Source of the DNA: Enterovirga sp.
GTDB lineage: Bacteria; Pseudomonadota; Alphaproteobacteria; Rhizobiales; Beijerinckiaceae
Length of the DNA stretch: 64,000 bases
Assembly: GCF_028290205.1 (NCBI RefSeq)
Contig: NZ_JAQGKF010000099.1
Span: 10,496 to 74,495, forward strand
Reading direction: 5' to 3'
In this document: piece by piece, positions 36,905 through 45,948 of the stretch
Numbering within the stretch: position 1 is the first letter of the stretch
How the letters are laid out: each line of letters opens with the position of its first letter
Position numbers and translations under genes: made by a program
Notes under the pieces: model-generated
The model's input: only the letters and a program-made list of their open reading frames with translations
Told to the model about the DNA's origin: nothing
The model's database searches: none

Positions 36905-39900
36905 ATGACGAGCGCCAGCGCACAACCCATCGGTCCGGGCGACCGGATCTTCCTGGTCGACGGCTCCTCCTTCGTCTTCCGGGCCTATTTCCAATCCATG
37001 AACCAGGACCGGAAGTACAACACCCGGGCCGACGGGCTGCCGACGGGCGCGGTCCGGCTGTTCTCCACCAAGCTGATGCAGTTCATCCGGGACGGCGCCG
37101 CGGGTGTGCGGCCGACCCACCTCGCCATTGTGTTCGACAAGTCCGAGAGTTCGCACCGGAACGAACTCTACCCCGAATACAAGGCGCATCGGCCGGAGCC
37201 GCCCTCCGAACTCGTGCCGCAATTCCGCCTGATGCGCGATGCGGTGCGGGCCTTCGGCCTGATCCCCGTGGAGCAGGCGGGGTTCGAGGCCGACGACATC
37301 ATTGCGACCTATGCCTGCCAGGCCGCGCGGGCAGGCGCGGAGGCCCTCATCGTCTCGTCCGACAAGGACCTGATGCAGGTGGTCCGCGACGGCGTGACCT
37401 TCTACGATTTCGAGAGCGGCATCCCGGGCAAGCCCGGCTACCGGCCGGAGCGCCGGCTCGACCGCGACGGCGTGATCGAGAAGTTCGGCGTCCCGCCCGA
37501 ACGGGTGCCGGACGTGCAGGCGCTGATCGGTGACCCCACGGACAACGTGCCGGGCGTGCCCGGGATCGGCATCAAGACCGCCGCCCAGCTCATCGGCGAA
37601 TTCGGCAGCCTGGAAGCGCTGTTGGAGCGGGTGGAGGAGATCCGGCAGCCGAAGCGCCGCGAGGCGCTGATCGAGAACGCCGACAAGGCCCGTATCTCGA
37701 AGCAGCTCGTGACGCTGACCTGCGACATGGATGTGGTGGTGCCGATCGAGGAGACCCGCCTCTTCGATCTCGACGCCCGCCGTCTGCTCGGCTTCAGCAA
37801 GGCGCTCAGCCTGACGGCGCTGACTAAGCGCGTGGCCGAACTCTATGACGTCGATCCGGCCGAGGTTCCGGCCGATCCCGCCCTGTCGCGGCGCTGGGAT
37901 GCGGCGGCCGGGGCCTGGCGCGACGACGGCGACGGGGGAGAGGCGGGCGAAGACGGGCCGGCCGGGGAGCTGTCCGGGGCCCCCGCTGCAGCCGGTCCGC
38001 CGGCCGCCGCACCTGCAGCCCCGCAAACCCAGCTCACGCCGCAGACCCTGGTCGCCTCCCGGCAGGCCGAGGCGTCGTCCTTTGCGTGCGACCGGGCGCG
38101 CTACGAGACGATCGCCACGGCCGACGCCCTCGATCGCTGGATCGTCGAGGCGCAGGCGCAGGGGCTCGTGGCGGTCGAGCTCGAGACGTCGTCCATCGAC
38201 CCCATGCGGGCCGAGATCTACGGCATCGGCCTGGCGCTGGCGCCCGGACGCGCCGCCTATCTGCCGCTTCGGCACAGGGCCGGCGACAGCACGGGCGAGA
38301 ATCTGTTCGACGCGGGCTTTCTGCCCGGCCAGCTCGCCGAGGATGCGGCGCTCGCCCGCCTGAAGCCGCTCCTGGAGGACCCGTCCGTCCTGAAAGTCGG
38401 ACAGAACCTCAAGCACGACTGGCTCGCCCTGAAGCGGCGCGGCATCGTGCTCGCGCCGATCGACGACACCCAGCTCCTCTCCTACGCGCTGGATATCGGC
38501 CGCTCCGGCGTGGCCGGGCACCACCTCGAGCAGCTCGCCACCCATTACCTCGAGCATAGCTGCGTGCCCTCGGCCGAACTGCTGGGCCGCGGCCGCAAGG
38601 CCATTGGATTCGACCAGGTGCCGCTCGACCGGGCGACGGAGGTCGGGGCCGAGCGGCCGGACGTCGCGCTCCGGCTCTGGCGGCTGCTCAAGCCGCGCCT
38701 CGCGGCGGAGCGCAAGACCAGCGTCTACGAGACCCTGGAGCGCCCCATGGTGGCGACGCTCGGCCGGATGGAGGCGCGCGGCATCCTGATCGACCGCGAG
38801 ATCCTGTCGCGCATGTCCGGCGACTTCGCCCAGAGCGTCGCGCGGGTCGAGGCCGAGGTGCACGAGATCGCCGGCGAGCCCTTCACCATCGGCTCGCCGA
38901 AGCAGCTCGCCGACATCCTGTTCGGCAAGTTCGGCCTGCCGGGGGCCCGCAAGACGGCCACCGGGCAGTGGTCCACGGGCGCCAGGCTGCTCGAGGATCT
39001 GGCCGAGAGTTCCGAACACCCGCTGCCCCGCAAGGTGCTGGAATGGCGCCAGCTCACCAAGCTCAAGGGCTATACGGACGCGCTGCCGACCTACATCAAC
39101 CCGGAGACCGGGCGCGTCCACACGACCTACGTGCTGGCCTCCACGGCCACGGGCCGGCTGTCGTCCAACGAGCCGAACCTCCAAAACATCCCGATCCGGA
39201 CGGAGGAGGGGCGCAAGATCCGCACCGCCTTCGTGCCCGCGCCCGGGCACAAGCTGATCTCGGCCGACTATTCCCAGATCGAGCTGAGGTTGCTGGCCGA
39301 CATCGCCGACATCCCGCAGCTCAAACAGGCCTTCGCGGACGGGGTCGACATCCACGCAACCACCGCCTCGGAGATGTTCGGCGTTCCGGTGGACGGCATG
39401 CCGGCCGAGATCCGGCGCCGGGCCAAGGCCATCAATTTCGGCATCGTCTACGGCATCTCGTCCTTTGGGCTCGCCAATCAGCTCGGCATCCCGCGCGGCG
39501 AGGCCGGCGACTACATCAAGCGCTATTTCGAGCGCTTCCCGGGCATCCGGGCCTATATGGAGCGGACCAAGAAGCAGGTGCGCGAGACCGGGCAGGTCAC
39601 CACCCTGTTCGGCCGCGCCTGCCACTACCCGGACATCTCTGCCGGCAACATGTCGGTCCGGGCCGCGGTGGAACGCCAGGCCATCAACGCGCCCATCCAG
39701 GGCAGTGCCGCCGACATCATCCGGCGCGCCATGATCCGCATGGACGACGCGCTGGCCGAGGCCCGCCTGTCCGCCCGCATGCTGCTGCAGGTGCATGACG
39801 AACTCGTGTTCGAGGTGCCGGACGACGAGGTCGACGCCACCCTGCCGGTGATCCGCCGCGTCATGGAGGATGCGCCGCATCCGGCCGTGCAGCTCGAGGT

Positions 39901-39952
39901 CCCGCTCGCCGTGGATGCCCGGGCCGGGCCGAACTGGGACGCCGCCCATTAG
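36905..39952 (+). CDS. polA: DNA polymerase I
   Basis: 5'-nuclease (DGSSFVFRAY, EADD, SSDKD, GD.TDN.PGVPGIG) and polymerase motifs A/B/C (ADYSQIELR, RAKAINFGIVYG, QVHDEL). Confidence 0.97.
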   Translation: MTSASAQPIGPGDRIFLVDGSSFVFRAYFQSMNQDRKYNTRADGLPTGAVRLFSTKLMQFIRDGAAGVRPTHLAIVFDKSESSHRNELYPEYKAHRPEPPSELVPQFRLMRDAVRAFGLIPVEQAGFEADDIIATYACQAARAGAEALIVSSDKDLMQVVRDGVTFYDFESGIPGKPGYRPERRLDRDGVIEKFGVPPERVPDVQALIGDPTDNVPGVPGIGIKTAAQLIGEFGSLEALLERVEEIRQPKRREALIENADKARISKQLVTLTCDMDVVVPIEETRLFDLDARRLLGFSKALSLTALTKRVAELYDVDPAEVPADPALSRRWDAAAGAWRDDGDGGEAGEDGPAGELSGAPAAAGPPAAAPAAPQTQLTPQTLVASRQAEASSFACDRARYETIATADALDRWIVEAQAQGLVAVELETSSIDPMRAEIYGIGLALAPGRAAYLPLRHRAGDSTGENLFDAGFLPGQLAEDAALARLKPLLEDPSVLKVGQNLKHDWLALKRRGIVLAPIDDTQLLSYALDIGRSGVAGHHLEQLATHYLEHSCVPSAELLGRGRKAIGFDQVPLDRATEVGAERPDVALRLWRLLKPRLAAERKTSVYETLERPMVATLGRMEARGILIDREILSRMSGDFAQSVARVEAEVHEIAGEPFTIGSPKQLADILFGKFGLPGARKTATGQWSTGARLLEDLAESSEHPLPRKVLEWRQLTKLKGYTDALPTYINPETGRVHTTYVLASTATGRLSSNEPNLQNIPIRTEEGRKIRTAFVPAPGHKLISADYSQIELRLLADIADIPQLKQAFADGVDIHATTASEMFGVPVDGMPAEIRRRAKAINFGIVYGISSFGLANQLGIPRGEAGDYIKRYFERFPGIRAYMERTKKQVRETGQVTTLFGRACHYPDISAGNMSVRAAVERQAINAPIQGSAADIIRRAMIRMDDALAEARLSARMLLQVHDELVFEVPDDEVDATLPVIRRVMEDAPHPAVQLEVPLAVDARAGPNWDAAH

Positions 39953-40097
39953 CGCGGCTCCCGCCCCGGCTCCCGGTTCCCCCGGTAAGCCTTCGCTCAC
40001 TCCCGGCCGCTAGACTCTCCCGAACGATCCAGGCGGCGGGCGGCGGCGGGACCTCACCGGTTCGGCCGCCCTTCGCGCCCGCGGATGTGAGGGGATC

Positions 40098-40487
40098 ATG
40101 ATGCGTCTGCGTCTCGCCGCGACTCTGCTGGGGCTGGTGGTCCTGTCCGGCTCCGCCCTGGCCCGGGACGCCGTCCCGGCGCTGCGCGAGGGCATGCCCT
40201 ATGCGGCGGCGCGGGGCCGGCTGATCGGCAAGGGCTTCCAGCCGGTCGCCTCCGGCAACCGCGACGAGGCCCGCTGCCCGGCCGGTCGGCAGGACGTCTG
40301 CAACGCCTATCCGGAAACGGTGTCCTGCTCGGGCACCGGCGCGGCTGCCTGCCGCTTCATCTTCTCCGGCAAGCGCGGCGTCACCCTGACCGTGGTGGCG
40401 GATGGCGAGGATGTCGGGCGGCTTAAGGTCGTGGCCACGCGCCGCTCCTCCGAGAAGGACGCCAAGTGGCAGCGGGCAGGCCGCTAG
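40098..40487 (+). CDS. secreted hypothetical protein, 4 Cys
   Basis: Signal peptide ALA-R; YPETVSCSGTG...CRFIF. Confidence 0.75.
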   Translation: MMRLRLAATLLGLVVLSGSALARDAVPALREGMPYAAARGRLIGKGFQPVASGNRDEARCPAGRQDVCNAYPETVSCSGTGAAACRFIFSGKRGVTLTVVADGEDVGRLKVVATRRSSEKDAKWQRAGR

Positions 40488-40532
40488 TCGGCGCCCGTCA
40501 CGCCTGCGGCGAGGCCACCCGCCCGGCCCCGA

Positions 40533-40859
40533 TCAGCGGGCACAGATTCGGGTGCCGGTCGCCTCGCTGACCCAGCAGGCCGGATCCTGGCGGCTCTGCC
40601 GGTGCGGCCCGGGCAGCGCCAGGTCGCGGCCCCCCAGGCGGGCAAAGGCGAAGCCCTGCCCGGGCGCGTCGACCTCCATCCGGTAGGTCGGCCTGCCGGG
40701 CGCCGAGATCCGGAAGCTGCCCTTGCGGTCGGTCACCTGGAAATCGCAGGCGTAGCGGCCCTCGTCGCTGGTTTCGCACTGGGCCGGCTTGGCTTCGGCC
40801 AGCCCGGCCGCGAGCAGCAGCCCCGCCGCGGCGAGCGTGAATGCACTTCGTGTCCTCAT
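40533..40859 (-). CDS. secreted hypothetical protein, 4 Cys
   Basis: ATG after GGAGGAG, 19 nt downstream of the flavoprotein stop; signal peptide AEA-K; C..ACD...ACW...ICAR. Confidence 0.75.
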   Translation of the reverse strand: MRTRSAFTLAAAGLLLAAGLAEAKPAQCETSDEGRYACDFQVTDRKGSFRISAPGRPTYRMEVDAPGQGFAFARLGGRDLALPGPHRQSRQDPACWVSEATGTRICAR

Positions 40860-40878
40860 TGGATCTCCTCCGTCGCGG

Positions 40879-41943
40879 TCAGACCAGTTCAGGCGTGACG
40901 GAGAGGGTGGACCCGAGCGGGCCGAATTCTGCAAGGCCGAGCTGGCGGTAGAAGCCGGCCAGCCGTTCCGCATCCGCCTCGAACCAGCCGTGCAGCCAGG
41001 ATCGGTACTGCGCCTCCGCCGCCTCCGGGGCCGCGCCCTCCTGCAGGATCGCGGCCGCGAAATGGGCCGCCATCATGCCCGACATGATTGCTTTCAGAAC
41101 GCCGTGCGAGGACAGCGGGTCGAGCCGGGCCGCTGCATCGCCGACCAGGAACCAGCCCGGCCCGGCCGGCCGTTCGGCCAGGTGCCAGGTCACGTCGGCC
41201 CCGCGCGAGGGGCCGCTCGGCCGCAGCGCCGCAAAGGCGGCGGGCGTCTCGCGGCCGGGCTCGCCTCCGACCGCCAGACGGACCCAGGCATATCGGTCCG
41301 GGCCGACCCGCGCGGTCCAGAGCCAGCCGTCGGGCAGGCTCTCGAGGGCCGGGGCTTCGTCGCGCGCCGGGCAGGAGCCCTCGGCATGGCCGAAGCGGGC
41401 CAGAAGGCGGGGCGAGCGCGGTGTAAGCGGGCCGGACAGCCTGCGGTCCAGCCAGCGGGCATCGCCGCTGGCGTCCACCAGCATGCGGCAGCGCAGGGCG
41501 CCGGCATCGGTCTCCACGTCCCAGAACCCGTCTGGGCTGCGGTTCGCGCCCGTGACACGGGCCGGCTGCCGGATCTCGGCCCCGAGTTCGGCGGCGCGGG
41601 CGAGCAGAAGGCCGTGCAGGGCGGTGCGCCGCACCTGAAAGCCCCGCCAGGCGCCCCCGGCATCCGACCCGAAGGGCTCGAACCGGGCCGAGCCGTTCCA
41701 GGTGATCCAGACACCCGGATGGCGTGCGCCGACGACCGTGCCCAGCCGCCCAGCGAGGCCGAACTGGCCGAGCAGCGGCTCGATGCCCGGGTGCAGCGAC
41801 TCGCCCGGCCGTTCCGTGGCCGAGCCGTCCCGCTCCACCAGGACGACCCACAGGCCCCGGCTCGCCGCCGTGATGGCGGCCGAGCCGCCGGCGGGGCCGC
41901 CGCCGACGATCAGGAGGTCGGGATGGTCGCGTCGAGGCGCCAA
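40879..41943 (-). CDS. FAD-dependent oxidoreductase, LodB/GoxB / Trp-halogenase superfamily
   Basis: IVGGGPAG, RPGESL, LVDASG, VGDAAARLDPLSSHG. Confidence 0.88.
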   Translation of the reverse strand: MAPRRDHPDLLIVGGGPAGGSAAITAASRGLWVVLVERDGSATERPGESLHPGIEPLLGQFGLAGRLGTVVGARHPGVWITWNGSARFEPFGSDAGGAWRGFQVRRTALHGLLLARAAELGAEIRQPARVTGANRSPDGFWDVETDAGALRCRMLVDASGDARWLDRRLSGPLTPRSPRLLARFGHAEGSCPARDEAPALESLPDGWLWTARVGPDRYAWVRLAVGGEPGRETPAAFAALRPSGPSRGADVTWHLAERPAGPGWFLVGDAAARLDPLSSHGVLKAIMSGMMAAHFAAAILQEGAAPEAAEAQYRSWLHGWFEADAERLAGFYRQLGLAEFGPLGSTLSVTPELV

Positions 41944-44453
41944 GGCTGATCGCCCTGCTTCAGCAGAACCTGGCTGCCGGCCACGAAGGCCAGGACAGGC
42001 TCCCGCATCTCGACCAGCACGCTGGTCATGTCGGTCGGGTGGCGCGATTCCGGCCCGGGCCGGAAGGCCTGGAAGCGGTAACGTCGCTCGCCGGAGAGCC
42101 GGGCGGACGCCGCGGTCTCGGCCGCGGCGAGTTCGGTGTCGCCTTCGGGGATGGCCCGGAACGACAGAATGGCCCAGCCGGCCTTGGCCTTCACGGCATC
42201 CACCACGGCCTGCCGGTCCTGCTCCGTCAGGGTCTCGCCCGCCTTCGGCGGCTCCGGATCACGGAGGCCGAGCGCCCAGTACAGGGCGGCGGTCGCGAGC
42301 ACGCGCGCCTTGGTCTCGGGCAGGTCGACCTTGGCCAGGTGAAGCGCGGTCATGCGCTCGAGATTGCCGAGGTAGTCGACCCGGTTGATGTCGGGATAGA
42401 TCGCCCGCTCCGCCCCGTTCACCGTTTCAACGCGCGGCCCGCGCACGCCGTCCCAGGGCATGAAGCGGTCGCCCTCGGCTGGCACGATGCCGAGTTCCGC
42501 GTCCGTGAGCGGAACCACCGTCGGCCAGGGGTAGTCGAAGCCCGGGCCGCGGCGCAGCGGCGAGAAGGTGCGGGAGCTGTCGGGCGCCACGGCCGGCCAG
42601 TAGCTGCCCAGCGCCGCGCAGAGCTTGACGTCCTCGACGAAGGGGGTGCCGAGGCCGAAATTCTGCATAAACGGCTGCAGCGTGTCCGGCTCGGTGTAGC
42701 GCTGGCCGAGGCTCGTGTCCCAGCCCGGATCGAACACGCCGGGCGACGCGTCCGGCAGGCCGGAATAACGGTTGGTGTTGGCGGGTCGGGTGGCGAATTC
42801 CGGCATGGCGGGCGCGTCGGAGCCGGTTCGGGCGGCGGGTTCGGCCCGGGCCCTGTGCTGCGGGACGATGGCCGTGATGGTGGTGTCGTTGATGCTGAAG
42901 CCGAGTGCCAGCGTGACGTTGCCGGCCATGCGGCGTTCGGCGAGCGAGGTCGGCGGCACCGCCCAGAGCGCGCCGCGCAGCGCCTTCGGGACCTCGGTCT
43001 GCCACCAGATGCTGAGGTCGCGCTGGCTCACATAGGGAAAGAAGTCGGGCGGCGCGACCATGCAATAGGCCGGCAGCCGGGTCCGCACGAGGCCGTCGAG
43101 TTGCGGCACCTGCACCCGGATCGCGCCGTCGCCGGCGAAGTCGATGAAGTGCTGCGCCCGGTAGCCACCCCGGGCAATGATGTCCATCAGCTCCGGGTGC
43201 CGGTTCAGATTGTCGATCTGCCCGTTCGGTCCGACCCGGTGGCGAATCGAAACGTATTCCGGCGCCGGCCGGTCCGTGGTCGGGCCGAGCCCGTGCATGT
43301 AGGACGGCGCCGTCTCGGCCCCGCCGGGCAGGATCTGGGCCGTGGAAAAGTACATCACGCCCGGCCGTTTGGCGAAGTCCGGCGGCACTTCGAAGGTGAG
43401 CCAATCGTTCTTGTAGCGGGCCCGCACGGCGAGGGGGCTCGGCTTCGGTTCCAGCACGCCGGAGCCCCAATCGGGCCGGCGCGAGAAGCTGGCGATGGCC
43501 TCGTCCCGGATCACGAACGGAAACTGGTTCAGATCCTCGCCGCGCCAGCTCGCCTCGAAGCCCTCGACCTCCAGGTAGCGGTGAAAGCGGCGCAGCTTCT
43601 CGTTCACGAGCGAGCGCGTCAGCCCGACCCGCAGGTCGAGGCCGGCCAGGCATTCGCGGCCGTCGAACAGCTTGTGCACCGGCACCCAGAAGCCGAGCTG
43701 GTCGTCGCCCTTCAGGTAGTCGCGCGGCAGGGTCTCGGCCTCGTTCCCGGCCAACCGGACGGCCAGATAGGCGGCGAAGCGCTGCGGCATCGGCCGGAAG
43801 TTGAACGGCCGTGCCGGATCGACCGGATCAAAGGCGCGCGCCCGGGCATCGTAGCGGGGCTCGATCGTGCCCATCCGGGCGAGGCCGGTGCGGGCAAAGG
43901 CCAGATCGGCGTGCCGGCCCTGCGGCGATTCCGGACCGCGCCGGTATTCCAGGCTGAACACCGCGACGGCCAGCGGGTGCTCGCCGACGCGCTGGCGGAT
44001 CGCCTCGAGACTGGGCGGCGCGACGCCGTAGCAGTAGTTCTCGACCGCCTCGATCTCGGCCAGGGTCGGAAAGGCGCCGAGCGGCCGCCCGGACCCGTCC
44101 GCCACGACATCGGGCGAGGCGAGCACGTGGTAGAGGAGGCTCGCGGCCGGACTGCCCGGCTCGATGGCGCGCCGGCCCTCCGGGTGAAAGTCGCCGAGGC
44201 CGGGAAGGGTGCGGTCGATATGCCCGAGAGGTTTTGCGAATTCGGCGCGCAGGTCCCGGGCCGCGATGTCGAGCTCGCCCCCGGTCGCCGCCTGGAGAAG
44301 GCGGCGCCAGCCATGCGGGGCGAGGCGCCGGCAGGCGGCCGCGACCCCGTCCACGAGCCGGCGGGGGGGCGCCGCCGCGAGCGCCGCGTCCGGCAGGATT
44401 GCGGCCGCCAATCCAAGCCCGGACCCCTCCAGCATCCCCCGTCGCGTCAGCAT
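41910..44453 (-). CDS. Tat-exported 847-aa protein of unknown function (candidate divergent CTQ quinoprotein)
   Basis: MLTRRGML...ALA Tat signal; strong codon bias; overlaps the flavoprotein start; PFVEDVKLC...SYWPAVAPD segment. Confidence 0.85.
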   Translation of the reverse strand: MLTRRGMLEGSGLGLAAAILPDAALAAAPPRRLVDGVAAACRRLAPHGWRRLLQAATGGELDIAARDLRAEFAKPLGHIDRTLPGLGDFHPEGRRAIEPGSPAASLLYHVLASPDVVADGSGRPLGAFPTLAEIEAVENYCYGVAPPSLEAIRQRVGEHPLAVAVFSLEYRRGPESPQGRHADLAFARTGLARMGTIEPRYDARARAFDPVDPARPFNFRPMPQRFAAYLAVRLAGNEAETLPRDYLKGDDQLGFWVPVHKLFDGRECLAGLDLRVGLTRSLVNEKLRRFHRYLEVEGFEASWRGEDLNQFPFVIRDEAIASFSRRPDWGSGVLEPKPSPLAVRARYKNDWLTFEVPPDFAKRPGVMYFSTAQILPGGAETAPSYMHGLGPTTDRPAPEYVSIRHRVGPNGQIDNLNRHPELMDIIARGGYRAQHFIDFAGDGAIRVQVPQLDGLVRTRLPAYCMVAPPDFFPYVSQRDLSIWWQTEVPKALRGALWAVPPTSLAERRMAGNVTLALGFSINDTTITAIVPQHRARAEPAARTGSDAPAMPEFATRPANTNRYSGLPDASPGVFDPGWDTSLGQRYTEPDTLQPFMQNFGLGTPFVEDVKLCAALGSYWPAVAPDSSRTFSPLRRGPGFDYPWPTVVPLTDAELGIVPAEGDRFMPWDGVRGPRVETVNGAERAIYPDINRVDYLGNLERMTALHLAKVDLPETKARVLATAALYWALGLRDPEPPKAGETLTEQDRQAVVDAVKAKAGWAILSFRAIPEGDTELAAAETAASARLSGERRYRFQAFRPGPESRHPTDMTSVLVEMREPVLAFVAGSQVLLKQGDQPWRLDATIPTS

Positions 44454-44594
44454 GTGCTTCCCCCCTGGTTGCGCATCCTAGGAGCAAGCTTAACCGTGAC
44501 GAGTGACGACATGACGCCGCAGGGCGCTGCGCCCGGTCGCCTTGAGCCCGGGCTCCGAAACGGGCACAAGGCCGGCCTTGCCGCCGGACCCGAT

Positions 44595-45719
44595 ATGCAG
44601 CGTCACGCCCCCGCTCCGGGCAGCCTCGTAGCGGCTCCGGTCGAGCCCCTTCCGCCCGCCCCCCCGCGACTGAGCGGGCGCGCCGCCGCCACCCTGTCGG
44701 TGGAGGACGTCCGCTGCCGCTTCGGCACCAAGACCGTGCTGCGGGGCGTCTCCTTCGAGGCGCCGCCGGCTGCGGTGACGTGCCTTCTCGGCCCTTCGGG
44801 GTGTGGCAAGACCACGCTGCTGCGCATCCTGGCCGGGATCGAGCGGCCGAGCGCCGGCCGCGTCATGCTGGACGGCGAGGAGGTGGCCGGTCCGGCCGTG
44901 TTCGTGCCGGCCGAGAGCCGCCGCGTCGGGCTCATGTTCCAGGATTATGCCCTGTTCCCGCACCTGACGGTGCTGGACAACGTCTTGTTCGGGCTGCGCC
45001 ACCTGCCGCGCGGCGAGGCCCGGCCGGTGGCCGAGGCGGCGCTCGACCGGGTCGGGCTCGCCGGGCTCGCCGGACGGCGGCCCAGCGAATTGTCGGGCGG
45101 TGAGCAGCAGCGGGCCGCCCTGGCCCGCGCGATAGCGCCGGCGCCGCGCGCCCTGCTCTTGGACGAGCCCTTCTCGAACCTGGATCGCGGCCTGCGCGAC
45201 GACCTGCGGGATTCGACCGCGGCGCTGCTGCGGGACAGCCGCATCACCGCGCTGGTCGTCACGCACGATCCCGATGAGGCCATGCAGATGGCCGATCACA
45301 TCGTGCTGCTCTCGGCCGGCGAGGTGCTGGCCGCCGGCCGGGCCGAAGACCTTTATCGCCGGCCCGCCTCCCTGGCCGTGGCCCGCGCGCTGGCGGATGT
45401 GAACGAGGTCCCGGGCCGGATGGCGGGGGGCTGGATCGAAACCGGGCTCGGCCGCTTCCCGGGCCTCGGCCACCACCCCGACGGGGCGGCCGCCATCCTG
45501 GCCATCCGGCCCGAAGGCATCCGCATCGGCCCTGCGGGATCGGGGCGCCCGGGCCGCATCGCGAGCCGCGTGTTCCGTGGCGCCGCCAGTTCCGTCCGGG
45601 TGGAGATCGAGGGCCTCGACGCGCCGATCCGGGCCGTCGTCAACCGGTCTGCCGCGGCCCCCGGCGACCTCGTCTCGGTGGAGGTCGAGCCCGACAGCGC
45701 CTTTGTCTTCCTGGCGTGA
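44595..45719 (+). CDS. fbpC: Fe3+ ABC transporter ATP-binding protein (start uncertain, 44497-44595)
   Basis: GPSGCGKTT, LMFQDYALFPHL, LSGGEQQR, LDEPFSNLD; TOBE-like tail. Confidence 0.88.
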   Translation: MQRHAPAPGSLVAAPVEPLPPAPPRLSGRAAATLSVEDVRCRFGTKTVLRGVSFEAPPAAVTCLLGPSGCGKTTLLRILAGIERPSAGRVMLDGEEVAGPAVFVPAESRRVGLMFQDYALFPHLTVLDNVLFGLRHLPRGEARPVAEAALDRVGLAGLAGRRPSELSGGEQQRAALARAIAPAPRALLLDEPFSNLDRGLRDDLRDSTAALLRDSRITALVVTHDPDEAMQMADHIVLLSAGEVLAAGRAEDLYRRPASLAVARALADVNEVPGRMAGGWIETGLGRFPGLGHHPDGAAAILAIRPEGIRIGPAGSGRPGRIASRVFRGAASSVRVEIEGLDAPIRAVVNRSAAAPGDLVSVEVEPDSAFVFLA

Positions 45720-45948
45720 GGGGCATTGCGGGCCTTGGCAGTCTGTCCAAAAGCGGCGCGGCTGGATCGACCATGGCACCGTTCCTGCCGCGTTGAACGG
45801 CTCGCCGGTCCGAAAAAGCCGCCAAGAGCGTAAATCGTCGCGGGCCTTGGCGGACTTACTCTAATTCTAAACTACGGAAATGGCTTGCTGTTCGGGCCAA
45901 AGCTTGCCATTCGGTCTGGCTATCTTGGTCGGATCCGGAGGATCAACT

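Noticed and set aside
36896-40000. 1034-aa antisense ORF over polA
   Set aside because: Shadow frame with no motifs. The same applies to 2742-5117(+), 12839-15172(-), 28503-30365(+), 30435-32693(-) and the many Arg/Pro/Gly-rich ORFs in the track.
40879-41943. Flavin-dependent halogenase assignment
   Set aside because: The WxWxIP motif is replaced by WLWTAR, and there is no flavin reductase or biosynthetic cluster nearby.
42039-44594. Plus-strand 1226-aa ORF (42039-45719)
   Set aside because: Only the last ~375 codons are the Fe3+ ABC ATPase. The rest is the antisense shadow of the 847-aa gene, a high-GC codon-bias artefact.
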